From: Candidatus Eiseniibacteriota bacterium
GTDB lineage: Bacteria > Eisenbacteria > RBG-16-71-46
DNA length: 64,000 nucleotides
Direction: 5' to 3'
NCBI GenBank assembly: GCA_041483195.1
Contig: JBGPFC010000016.1
Location: forward strand, 22,004-86,003
Shown here: positions 39,894 to 48,847 of the stretch, one piece after another
Numbering within the stretch: the stretch's first letter is position 1
How the letters are laid out: each line of letters starts with the position of its first letter
The notes under the pieces: model-generated
What the model saw: the letters and a program-made list of their open reading frames with translations, nothing else
The model's database searches: none
Told to the model about the DNA's origin: nothing
Made by a program: the position numbers and the translations under genes

Positions 39894-41839
39894 GCCACGA
39901 GGAAGAAGCGCTCGGACGCAGCTACGACCAGCGCCTCATGCGGCGCCTGCTGGGATACCTGCGGCCCTACCGCGGCCGCATGGCCTTCGCGGGCATCGTC
40001 GTGATCGCCGACGCGCTGGTCGGACTCGCCGGACCGTGGCTCACGAAGGAGGCGATCGACAACGGCATCCGTCACCACGATCTGCTCCATCTCGACCGGG
40101 TGGCCATCCTCTACCTGTGCATGCTGGTCGTGGGCTTCGGCCTCGGCTACCTCGAGCACCAGATCATGCAGCGTGTCGGCCAGTACGTGATGATGGACCT
40201 GCGGATGGCGCTCTTCCGCCATCTCCAGCGCCTGCCGGTCGCCTTCTACGATCGCAATCCGATCGGCCGGCTGATGACGCGCGTCACGAACGACGTGGAC
40301 GTGCTGAACGAGCTGGTGACCGCGGGAGTCGTCGCGATCTTCGGCGACCTGTTCGCGCTCGCCGGCATCGTGTTCGCGATGTGGCGTCTCAACGTCGAGC
40401 TGCTCGGCGTGACCTTCACCGTGATCCCGCTCATCCTGATCGTGACCCTGGTGTTCCGCTCGCGCGTGCGCCGGTCGTTCCGCGACATCCGCACGCGTCT
40501 CGCGCGCATGAACGCGTTCCTCAACGAGAACCTCACCGGCATGAGCACGGTCCAGATGCTGAACCGGGAGCGCCGCAACTTCGAGGCATTCCGCGACGTG
40601 AACGCCGGGCATCGCGACGCCAACATCCAGGCGGTGTTTCTCTACGCGATGTTCTTCCCGGTGCTGGAATTGGTGGGCGCGCTCGCGGTCTCGCTGATCG
40701 TGTGGTACGGCGGACGCCAGGTGATGTGGACCGGCATCACGCTGGGAACGCTGGTGGCGTTCATCCAGTACACCCAGCGGTTCTTCCGCCCGATCTCCGA
40801 CCTGAGCGAGAAGTACAACATCCTGCAGCAGGCGATGGCGTCCTCGGAGCGCATCTTCGACCTCCTCGACACTCCGGCCGATCCCGCGACGCCGGTCCCG
40901 GCGGCCGATCCCGCCCGGCCGCGCGGCACGAGCGGCCCGATCGCGGTGACCGAAGCTGCGAGGCTCGCGCCCGCCGCGGGCGACGGCAACGGCTCACCGG
41001 TCCGCGAGAAGCCGCTCGAGGGCGGCGTGGAGTTCGACCGGGTGTGGTTCGCGTACCGCGAGCCGCAGTGGGTGATCGAAGACGTCTCCTTCGGCATCGC
41101 GCCCGGCGAAAAGGTGGCGCTGGTGGGGGCCACCGGCTCTGGCAAGACCACGCTCACCCACCTGCTCCTGCGTTTCTACCGGGCGCAGCGCGGCGAGATC
41201 CGCGTGGACGGACGCGCGCTCGAGGACCGCGACGCGGGCTGGCTGCGCCGCCACGTGGGCCTCGTCATGCAGGACGTCTTCCTGTTCTCGGGCACGGTCG
41301 AGAGCAATCTGCGGCTCGGGGATCCAGGCGTGTCGCGGGAGGCGCTCGAGCGCGCGGCGCGCGAGGTGCACGCTCACGAGTTCATCTCGCGTCTGCCCGG
41401 GGGATACGACGCCGTGGTGCGCGAGCGCGGCGCGACGCTCTCCTCGGGCCAGAAGCAGCTGCTCGCGTTCGCCCGGGCGCTCGCGCGCGATCCGCGGCTC
41501 CTGATCCTGGACGAAGCGACGTCGTCGGTGGATACCATGACCGAGAGCCTGATCCAGGACGCGCTCCAGCGCCTGATGCGGGGGCGCACCAGCCTCATCA
41601 TCGCGCACCGCCTCTCCACCATCCAGCACGTCGACCGCATCGTGGTGCTCCACCGCGGGCGGGTGCGCGAGGTGGGAACGCACGCGGAGCTGCTCGCGCT
41701 GGACGGAATCTACTCGCGCCTCTACGAGCTGCAGGCGCTGGGTGGTCGCGGCGGCCGTCACGAACCGACACCCTCGGAGTGGGAAACCCCGGAAGATACG
41801 GCTGCGACGATGGTTGACAGAGGCTTGAACTTGGCCTAG
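39890..41839 (+). CDS. ABC exporter ATP-binding/permease, MdlB-like half of a heterodimer
   Basis: TMD plus GATGSGKT, LSSGQKQ, LDEATS, IAHRLST; GTGA overlap with the upstream gene. Confidence 0.92.
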   Translation: MSHEEEALGRSYDQRLMRRLLGYLRPYRGRMAFAGIVVIADALVGLAGPWLTKEAIDNGIRHHDLLHLDRVAILYLCMLVVGFGLGYLEHQIMQRVGQYVMMDLRMALFRHLQRLPVAFYDRNPIGRLMTRVTNDVDVLNELVTAGVVAIFGDLFALAGIVFAMWRLNVELLGVTFTVIPLILIVTLVFRSRVRRSFRDIRTRLARMNAFLNENLTGMSTVQMLNRERRNFEAFRDVNAGHRDANIQAVFLYAMFFPVLELVGALAVSLIVWYGGRQVMWTGITLGTLVAFIQYTQRFFRPISDLSEKYNILQQAMASSERIFDLLDTPADPATPVPAADPARPRGTSGPIAVTEAARLAPAAGDGNGSPVREKPLEGGVEFDRVWFAYREPQWVIEDVSFGIAPGEKVALVGATGSGKTTLTHLLLRFYRAQRGEIRVDGRALEDRDAGWLRRHVGLVMQDVFLFSGTVESNLRLGDPGVSREALERAAREVHAHEFISRLPGGYDAVVRERGATLSSGQKQLLAFARALARDPRLLILDEATSSVDTMTESLIQDALQRLMRGRTSLIIAHRLSTIQHVDRIVVLHRGRVREVGTHAELLALDGIYSRLYELQALGGRGGRHEPTPSEWETPEDTAATMVDRGLNLA

Positions 41840-41856
41840 CATTTCTAAACTTGTTT
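41814..41856 (+). promoter_or_regulatory. Sigma70-type promoter (TTGACA-17-TAGCAT) with a downstream AAAC-TT-GTTT inverted repeat
   Basis: TTGACA 41814-41819, TAGCAT 41837-41842, AAACTTGTTT 41847-41856; AT-rich patch upstream of the XRE gene. Confidence 0.6.
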
Positions 41857-41887
41857 CACTGTCTCCCAACATCCGGCGGGGCCCCCC

Positions 41888-42499
41888 ATGCAACTCGGCA
41901 GGAAGATCCGCGACTTGAGGCTGCGCCGCGGCCTCACCGTCCAGCAGCTCGCCCAGGCGAGCGGTCTCTCGAAGGGATTCATCAGCCAGGTCGAGAACGA
42001 TCGCACCTCCCCGTCGCTCGCGACCCTGGGCGACCTCGCGAAGGCCCTCAACACTTCGGTCGCATACCTCGTGGTCGAGGAAGAGAAGGTGCCGTATCAC
42101 GTGCGCGCCGGCGAGCGCCCGCGCGTGCACGTCGGCGGGAACAGCTCGAAGGTCGAGCTCCTCTCCGCCCAGCCGAAACGCAACCTCGAGCTGCTGATGG
42201 CGGAGCTGCCTCCCGGCAGGACGGCGGGTGACAAGCGCCACTACCATCACGGCGAGGAATGCATGGTATGCCTCGAGGGCCGCGTGAGCGTGGTGTGCGG
42301 CGATCACACGCTGGTGCTCGAGGCCGGCGATTCGTGTCATTTCGACGGACGCACGCCGCACGCCATCGAGAACTGCGGCTCCACCACCGCGCGCGTGCTG
42401 ATCGCGATGACGCCCGCCGCGTTCGAGCCGCTCATTCGCGTGCGCGAGGCGAAAGCGGCAGTCTCCGCCGAGCCGGTGGCGGTCAGCTCGCTGACCTGA
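41888..42499 (+). CDS. XRE-family HTH regulator with cupin domain (PuuR/SutR-like)
   Basis: LGRKIRDLR...LSKGFISQVENDRTSPSL; HHGEE...PH. Confidence 0.9.
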   Translation: MQLGRKIRDLRLRRGLTVQQLAQASGLSKGFISQVENDRTSPSLATLGDLAKALNTSVAYLVVEEEKVPYHVRAGERPRVHVGGNSSKVELLSAQPKRNLELLMAELPPGRTAGDKRHYHHGEECMVCLEGRVSVVCGDHTLVLEAGDSCHFDGRTPHAIENCGSTTARVLIAMTPAAFEPLIRVREAKAAVSAEPVAVSSLT

Positions 42500-42572
42500 C
42501 GCCGCCGCTTCTCGACTCACCCCCGGCACCCACCCGGCGGCTCGACCGAGCCGCCGTTGGTCTTGGAATCCG

Positions 42573-43868
42573 ATGAGCCCGTTGCGTCGAGCATTCGACG
42601 ACTTTCGCGACGCCGCGCGCGAGTTCTCGCGTCCGGCGCGCCTCTACCTGCTCGCCGAGTTCCTGGCGTGGACCGGGCACGGGATCTTCGGCGTGCTCTT
42701 CAACCTGTACCTCGTCGAAGGCGGTCACAAGGAGTCGTTCGTCGGGACCGCGATCTCCGTGAACGCGCTCGGCCTGGCGCTCGCCGCGCTCCCGGCGGGC
42801 GTCCTCGCCGACCGCTGGGGCCGCAGGCGCTGCTTGATGCTGGGCGCCGTGCTCGACGGGCTGGGCTTCCTGCTGCGCGCGACGGTGCCGAGCCCGGCCG
42901 CGATCCTCGGCGCGAGCTTCGTCGCCGGCGCCGGCCAGTCCATGCTCGCGATCGCGGCCGCGCCGTTCATCACAGAGCACTCCACCCCGCGCGAGCGCAC
43001 CCACCTGTTCAGCGCGTTCTTCGCCCTCGCGCTGTTCGCCGGCGTGGTGGGCAGCGCGCTCGGCGGCTGGCTGCCGCGTGTCATGCTCGCGCTGCCGCTC
43101 GGCGCGCGACCCGACCTGTTCCACGCGTACCGCATGGTGCTCGTGCTGGGCGCGGGGTTCGGGCTGGCGGCCGCGATCCCGCTCGCCCGGTTGCGCGGGT
43201 TGCGCGAGGCCTCGCTCTCGCACGCCGACGCGCCGGCGACCCCGGCGGACAAGCGCAAGCTGTTCCCGATCGCGCTCAACTCGCTGCTGATCGGGATGGG
43301 CGCCGGGCTCGTGATCCCGTTCATGAACCTCTATTTCAAGGACCGCTTCGCGTGCTCGAGCGGCCAGATCGGGCTGTTCTTCTCGCTCGCGCAGGTCTTC
43401 ACGGCGTTCGCGTCGCTGCTGGGCCCGGCGGTCGCGCGGCATTTCGGCAAGCTGCGCACCGCGGTCGCCTCCGAGCTGCTCTCGCTTCCGTTCCTGGTCA
43501 CGCTCGGCGCCGAGCGCCGCCTGGGCATCGCGGTCGTCGCGTTCTGGATGCGCGCGACATTGATGCAGGCCTCCACCCCGCTGCTGCAGGCGTTCGTGAT
43601 GGAGGCGCTGCCGCAGGGGCTGCGCGCCCGCTCGACCAGCATCAACAACCTCGTCTGGAACGTGGGGTGGGCCGCGAGCGCGACGCTGGCCGGCGTCGTG
43701 ATCCAGCACTTCGGCTACGCGGTGCCCTTCTACATGACCGCCGCGCTCTACGCGACCGCGGCCACCACGTTCTACTTCGCGTTCCGCGGCGCGCGCGAGG
43801 TCGCGGCGGAGCCGCAGCTCGCCGAGGAAGCCAAGGGCCGGCGCGGCGAGGGGCCGTTCACGGACTAG
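42573..43868 (+). CDS. MFS transporter
   Basis: About 12 TM segments; motif A GVLADRWGRR. Confidence 0.88.
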   Translation: MSPLRRAFDDFRDAAREFSRPARLYLLAEFLAWTGHGIFGVLFNLYLVEGGHKESFVGTAISVNALGLALAALPAGVLADRWGRRRCLMLGAVLDGLGFLLRATVPSPAAILGASFVAGAGQSMLAIAAAPFITEHSTPRERTHLFSAFFALALFAGVVGSALGGWLPRVMLALPLGARPDLFHAYRMVLVLGAGFGLAAAIPLARLRGLREASLSHADAPATPADKRKLFPIALNSLLIGMGAGLVIPFMNLYFKDRFACSSGQIGLFFSLAQVFTAFASLLGPAVARHFGKLRTAVASELLSLPFLVTLGAERRLGIAVVAFWMRATLMQASTPLLQAFVMEALPQGLRARSTSINNLVWNVGWAASATLAGVVIQHFGYAVPFYMTAALYATAATTFYFAFRGAREVAAEPQLAEEAKGRRGEGPFTD

Positions 43869-44000
43869 CGGCCCGGCCGCGCGGCCCCTCGCCCGGGCCG
43901 CTCGCGGCTCGTCACGCGCCGGCCTTGCGCGCGGCCCGGCGCGGGGCTAATTTCGAAGCTCGCCGCCGGCAGGATGCCGGTCCCACGACGGGAGGGAACC

Positions 44001-44375
44001 ATGAAGAAGCTGATCTTCCTGCTGCTGATCGCGTTCGCCGCCTGGTACGGCTACAAGCACTACCCCGAGCTGATGAACCGCCGCCCGGGGCACGACGCCG
44101 TGATCGAGAACCAGTCCGGCCTGACGATGCAGGCCATCCGCCTCACCGTGGACGGCCAGACGTTCGTCAAGGAGGAGCTCGCGAACGAGGCGTCCGTCGA
44201 CTTCCCGTTCAAGGTCAGCAACGACGCGTCGTTCACGCTCGTCTGGGCTTGGAAGGAAAAGCCCGGCGAGGCCCACTGGAGCGGCGGCATGGTGCCGAAG
44301 GGACCGATGATGCAGCGCCATCGGTTCCAGATCGACGGCGACGGCGCCGTGACCTACACGCCCGAGAACAAGTAG
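44001..44375 (+). CDS. Hypothetical protein with N-terminal membrane anchor
   Basis: GGAGG RBS; MKKLIFLLLIAFAAWYGYKHYP followed by a small beta-rich domain. Confidence 0.7.
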   Translation: MKKLIFLLLIAFAAWYGYKHYPELMNRRPGHDAVIENQSGLTMQAIRLTVDGQTFVKEELANEASVDFPFKVSNDASFTLVWAWKEKPGEAHWSGGMVPKGPMMQRHRFQIDGDGAVTYTPENK

Positions 44376-44409
44376 GGACCGGGCGTGGGGGCCGCGATGC
44401 GCTCGCGCC

Positions 44410-44892
44410 CTACTCCGCCTGATCGAGGTAGAGCTGCTCGTCGTCCGGGCTGAAACCGAGCAGCTCGGTGTAGCGTCCCCAGTCGATCACGGTCTTGAGG
44501 AGCGCCTCGGCGTTTTCGGCGGGCAGATGGAGCGCGAAGATCTCGAGGAAGGCGTCGGCGTCGGCGCGGCCATCCTCGCTGCGCTTGAGCGCGTCCACCA
44601 CGGTGCGGAACAGCGCGAGCTTCTTGATCTGCTCCTTGAGCATCTTCTTGCGCGGGTTGACGCGGGCGCGCAGGAGCGCGCTGCCGGTCCCGGTGAGCAC
44701 CACGTCGGCGCCCGGGGTCACCACCAGCTCCAGCATCTCGGCGGCCTTGATGACTTGCAGGATCTCCCCGAACTCGTAGTTGATGTCGCGAGCGAGACGG
44801 AACACGTCGTAACGGCCGCCGGCATCGTCGAGCACCTCGAGCAGTCCGATGACCTTGCTGATACCCACGTGCGGAACGGGATCGATCGCCAT
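44410..44892 (-). CDS. Stand-alone AAA-associated C-terminal domain protein (NitT/TauT ATPase C-terminal-like)
   Basis: GLLE.L...GG..D...LA, AAEML, L.TVIDWGRY.EL..F pattern. Confidence 0.65.
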   Translation of the reverse strand: MAIDPVPHVGISKVIGLLEVLDDAGGRYDVFRLARDINYEFGEILQVIKAAEMLELVVTPGADVVLTGTGSALLRARVNPRKKMLKEQIKKLALFRTVVDALKRSEDGRADADAFLEIFALHLPAENAEALLKTVIDWGRYTELLGFSPDDEQLYLDQAE

Positions 44893-44906
44893 GGCGGGAT
44901 CCCGGC

Positions 44907-46655
44907 CTAGGCCACGGCGCCGACGCGCGCCGGCGGCGCGTCAGCTCCCAGCCCCTGGCGCCTGATCTTCCCGGTGGTGGTCTTCGGGAACTCCTGCCTG
45001 CGCACGATCACGCGCTTGACGCGCTTGTATGGCGCGAGCTGCCCGCACCGAGTCTCGACGTCGCGCCGCAGCACCTCCTCGACGAACGCATCGTCGCAGG
45101 CGCGCCCGGAATCGCGCGCCAGCGTCTCGAGCTCCGGGAGGTTCGGCACGATGTGCGCGTGCACCTCCTCGCGCTCGCCGCGCGCGTCGCGTCCTCCGGC
45201 GACCACGACCTCGAGCACGTACGGCGAATTCGCGAGATGAATCTCGACCTCCTCTGGATAGATCTTCTTGCCGGCGGCGGTCGCGATCATGTTCTTGAGG
45301 CGGCCGGTGATGCGCACGCGGCCGTCTCCGAGGAAGCGCCCGAGGTCGCCGGTGTGAAACCAGCCGTCGCGCATCACGTCAGCGGTGGCCTCTGGATTTC
45401 CGAAGTAGCCGAGCATCACGTTGGGCCCGCGCACGACGATCTCGCCGTTGCCATCGGCGTCGGGGTCGTCGATTCGCACCTCGACGCCCATGAGCGGCCA
45501 GCCCACCGCGCCCGGCCGCGGTCTGCGCGGGCGATTCGCGCAGACCACCGGCGAGGTCTCCGTGAGCCCGTAGCCCTCGAGCATCGGCCAGCCGAGATCG
45601 ATGAACCCCCAGAACACCTCGGGCGCGAGCGGCGCGGCGCCGGTGACGAACATGCGCAGGCGGTCCATGCCCGCCTTCGCCCTCAGCGGCCGCATCACCG
45701 CGCGTCCGACCCGCGCGCCGCTGACGACGCGAACCAGGCGCGTGATCGCCATCATCGCGCGCACGAAGATCCGCCGCGGCAACGGAGCGTCGTCGACGCC
45801 GCGATGGATCGCGCTCAGCAGCTTCTCGTAGAGGAGCGGCACGCCCACGAAGATGGTGGCGGCCGAGGTCGTCATGTCCTCGCGCAATCCGCGCGAGTCG
45901 AGCCCGCGCGCGTACGCGACGCTCGCCCCCACGCGCAGCGGACAGAGCAGGCCGGCGGTGGATTCGAGCGTGTGATGAAGCGGCAGCACCGAGAGAAACC
46001 GGTCGCCCGGCCCGAACTCGAAGGTGCGCGCCACCCCCTCGACGTTGGTGAGGAGATTCGAGTGCGAGAGCATCACGCCCTTCGCCTGCCCGGTGGTGCC
46101 CGATGTGAAGATGATGACCGCCAGATCGTTCGGCGCCGCCGCGGACTCCCCTGGCCGCGCGTCGGGAAAGCGCGCCTGCGCCTGATCCCAGGCCGGCAGT
46201 CCCTCGACCGGGTCGAGCGCGATCAGCCGGAGATCGGGCAGGCGTGAAGTGCGCACCTGCTCGAGCAGCGGGTGCTGCCGGGCGCTCACGATGCAGCGCG
46301 TGGCTAAGGCGGTGGCGAGGATCTCCCCCACCTCCTGGACCTTGAGCTGCGCGTCGAGCGGCACCACCACCGCGCCGGCCTCGAGGATCGCCAGGTAGGC
46401 GAGCCCCCATTCGGGGCGGTTCTCGCTCTGCAGCCCGACGCGATCGCCGGGCTTCACGCCCTCCGCCTCGAGCAGGGCGGCAAACGCGTGCATCGCGCGC
46501 GCGGCCTCCGCGAACGTGTAGCCCCGCCATCCGTCCGGGGTCGAACGGAGCAGAAACGGGCGGTCTCCGTAGTGCCTGGACGCGAAATCGGCGAGCTGCG
46601 GGAGGAGGCGCACGACCGGCGCGGGTGCCGGGACGGCACGCGATGGGGAAAGCAC
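44907..46655 (-). CDS. Long-chain acyl-CoA synthetase (AMP-binding)
   Basis: IFTSGTTGQAKGVMLSH, LPLHH, GYGLTETSP, GWFHTGDLG, GRLKNMI, TTTGKI. Confidence 0.9.
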   Translation of the reverse strand: MLSPSRAVPAPAPVVRLLPQLADFASRHYGDRPFLLRSTPDGWRGYTFAEAARAMHAFAALLEAEGVKPGDRVGLQSENRPEWGLAYLAILEAGAVVVPLDAQLKVQEVGEILATALATRCIVSARQHPLLEQVRTSRLPDLRLIALDPVEGLPAWDQAQARFPDARPGESAAAPNDLAVIIFTSGTTGQAKGVMLSHSNLLTNVEGVARTFEFGPGDRFLSVLPLHHTLESTAGLLCPLRVGASVAYARGLDSRGLREDMTTSAATIFVGVPLLYEKLLSAIHRGVDDAPLPRRIFVRAMMAITRLVRVVSGARVGRAVMRPLRAKAGMDRLRMFVTGAAPLAPEVFWGFIDLGWPMLEGYGLTETSPVVCANRPRRPRPGAVGWPLMGVEVRIDDPDADGNGEIVVRGPNVMLGYFGNPEATADVMRDGWFHTGDLGRFLGDGRVRITGRLKNMIATAAGKKIYPEEVEIHLANSPYVLEVVVAGGRDARGEREEVHAHIVPNLPELETLARDSGRACDDAFVEEVLRRDVETRCGQLAPYKRVKRVIVRRQEFPKTTTGKIRRQGLGADAPPARVGAVA

Positions 46656-46739
46656 GCGACGACACTAGCACCCGCGTCAAAACGCGGTCAAGAATGCGGG
46701 GTTTCGCGCGATCTCGACGGCGGCGGTCGGAGCGGAGGG

Positions 46740-47450
46740 CTAGCGCCTGCGCGCCACCACCAGGTGCGCGAGCACCTCGCGCGGGTCGAACCACAGCCGA
46801 TCGAGCCCCTCGAAGCAGAGCTGGAGCAGGATGTAGAGCAGCCGCACCGGAATCTCGGTGAGCACGCGCGTCGGCCCCCGATTGAGGCGATTGAGCGCCG
46901 CGATGGTCGAGAGTCCGACCCTCGCCCACAATCCGCCGATCGGGATGAATTCGACCGGCTCGAACCCCGCGCCATCGAGCAGGTGCCGGGCGCCGAAGCG
47001 CGTGAAGCGGAGGTAATCGTGCGGCTCGTCGTGAAGCGGCGCCATTTGCGTGAACTCGAGCAGCAGCGTGCCGCCGGGTTTCAGCACGCGATGCATCTCG
47101 CGCAACGGGGCGCCGGGATCCGGGAAGTACGTCAGCATGGAGAGCCCGAGCACCGTGTCCACCGAGGCATCGCGCAACGGCAGCGCCTCGCCCCGCGAGT
47201 AGACGTCGGGGGGCCGGTCGCCGAGAAATCGCGAGCCGCGCAGATCGGTGCCGAGGTACAGATCGACGCGGCCATCGAAGAGCCACGCGAACGGCCGCGA
47301 CCCGCAGCCCACGTCGAGCAGGACGCCCCGCGCATGCGGCCTCGCACGCTCGAGCGCCCGGATGATCTTGTGGTTGGCGAGCCAGTTGAACTTCCACACC
47401 GACCCGCGCCCGGTCCGCGTTCTCGCGAACGCCCTCATCGGCGCGCTCAC
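46740..47450 (-). CDS. Class I SAM-dependent methyltransferase
   Basis: LLDVGCG, LPLRDASVD, RVLKPGG, LHDEPHDYLRFT; GTGA overlap with the upstream gene. Confidence 0.85.
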   Translation of the reverse strand: MSAPMRAFARTRTGRGSVWKFNWLANHKIIRALERARPHARGVLLDVGCGSRPFAWLFDGRVDLYLGTDLRGSRFLGDRPPDVYSRGEALPLRDASVDTVLGLSMLTYFPDPGAPLREMHRVLKPGGTLLLEFTQMAPLHDEPHDYLRFTRFGARHLLDGAGFEPVEFIPIGGLWARVGLSTIAALNRLNRGPTRVLTEIPVRLLYILLQLCFEGLDRLWFDPREVLAHLVVARRR

Positions 47451-48739
47451 GCGCGCACCCACTCGATCAGGTATTCGCCGACGTTCACGCGCGCGGTCAC
47501 GGCGCCGTCTTCGATTCGCGCCTCGGCTTCCGCCCCGCCGCGACCCTCCCCCAGCACCACGCCGGTCGCGCCGGCCGGGGCCGGGATTCGCACGGGCTCC
47601 CCTGGCACGCCGTGATAGCGAAGCAACACGCCGCGCGCGCCGATCTCGCGCACCGACCAGCCGCGCTCGTGCAACGAGCGCACCTCGGCGTCGGTGAGGA
47701 ACACGGCGCCCTCACGGACCAGGTCCCGAAGCAGCTCGCGCAGCGCGTCGCGACCGGCGCGCGACCACTCCGGATCGAGATGGGCGTAGTTCACGCGGTG
47801 GGTGCTCACCACCGCCGGTTGTGCGCGGCTCCACGCCTGACGCGCCGCGCGCAGCACGGCCGCGACACCCAGCTTCGGAGTCGCGTCGCCGCTCCCGCAT
47901 GGTTCGAACGCGATGCGCGGCGGCAGGTAGAAGCGCGAGCCCTGTTCGTGCGGCCAGCGGAAGCGGAGCAGGGTACGGCGCACGCGCGGCAGCGGCCCGC
48001 CGCTCTGCTCCGCCTTGCCCTGAAAGGTGGTCACGCCCAGCCGCTCGGCGTCGGCCTCGAGCGAGTCGTCCCATCGGTAGTCGGGGGGGCAGAACGATCG
48101 CGGCCCGCGGCCCACGAGCGCGGTGAACCGCTCGACCGCCGCTTCGAGGTTGCGCCGTCGCACCTCGCGCGGCTCGGAGGCATCGTACTCGCCGCTCGCC
48201 TCGACCGCCGCGCACACCGGGCTCTGCTGCTCGTGCGCCCTGCGCGCGTCGTCGGCCCCGCGGCGCAGCGCGGCGAGCCACGCGGTCTCGGGCAGATGAT
48301 GGAGCCCGTGCAGCTCGATCCACCACACTCCGGCCTCGCACGAGCCGCGGATCTCCTCCCACAAGCCGGGACGCGTCCAGCGCGAAGGAGTCCTCGGAAA
48401 ATCCACGAGCGGCATGCGCTCGACCTGGAACAGCGGCGGCTCGAGCCTCGCGTAATCGGGCGCGGCCATGACGGTGTTCGCCTGGAGCACCGGGGGAAAC
48501 CCGTCACCGCCGCGATATTCGAGCAGCAGCTCCGCGATCGCCCGCACGTCAGCGGCGCTCTCCAGCGTGGAGCCTCCGTAGCGCCGGCCCGCCCCGGCGC
48601 GAAACGCCGGGGTGTCCGCGAGCACGCGCTGGGCCTTCACATCGGGCGACCACGCGCACAGCCCCCAGTCGTCGCTCTCGAGCACGACCGCCTTGAGCCG
48701 GGCCCAATCGAGATTCACGCGCGAGTCCCCCGTCCGCAT
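47447..48739 (-). CDS. Polysaccharide deacetylase-like protein (ESDDWG motif)
   Basis: VLESDDWG, ELHGLHH, FCPPDY, STHRVNY. Confidence 0.55.
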   Translation of the reverse strand: MRTGDSRVNLDWARLKAVVLESDDWGLCAWSPDVKAQRVLADTPAFRAGAGRRYGGSTLESAADVRAIAELLLEYRGGDGFPPVLQANTVMAAPDYARLEPPLFQVERMPLVDFPRTPSRWTRPGLWEEIRGSCEAGVWWIELHGLHHLPETAWLAALRRGADDARRAHEQQSPVCAAVEASGEYDASEPREVRRRNLEAAVERFTALVGRGPRSFCPPDYRWDDSLEADAERLGVTTFQGKAEQSGGPLPRVRRTLLRFRWPHEQGSRFYLPPRIAFEPCGSGDATPKLGVAAVLRAARQAWSRAQPAVVSTHRVNYAHLDPEWSRAGRDALRELLRDLVREGAVFLTDAEVRSLHERGWSVREIGARGVLLRYHGVPGEPVRIPAPAGATGVVLGEGRGGAEAEARIEDGAVTARVNVGEYLIEWVRA

Positions 48740-48847
48740 CGCACACGGCCAGCGACCGTCGAGCGCAGCACGTGATTCGTGGGCCGGCCACGAAAGAACG
48801 CGGCACTATAGCACGTGCCTCGGCGGCGCGGCCCCGCGGGCGCGGGC

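Noticed and set aside
43868..43901. GC inverted repeat after the MFS gene as an intrinsic terminator
   Set aside because: No U-tract, and such repeats arise easily by chance at this GC content
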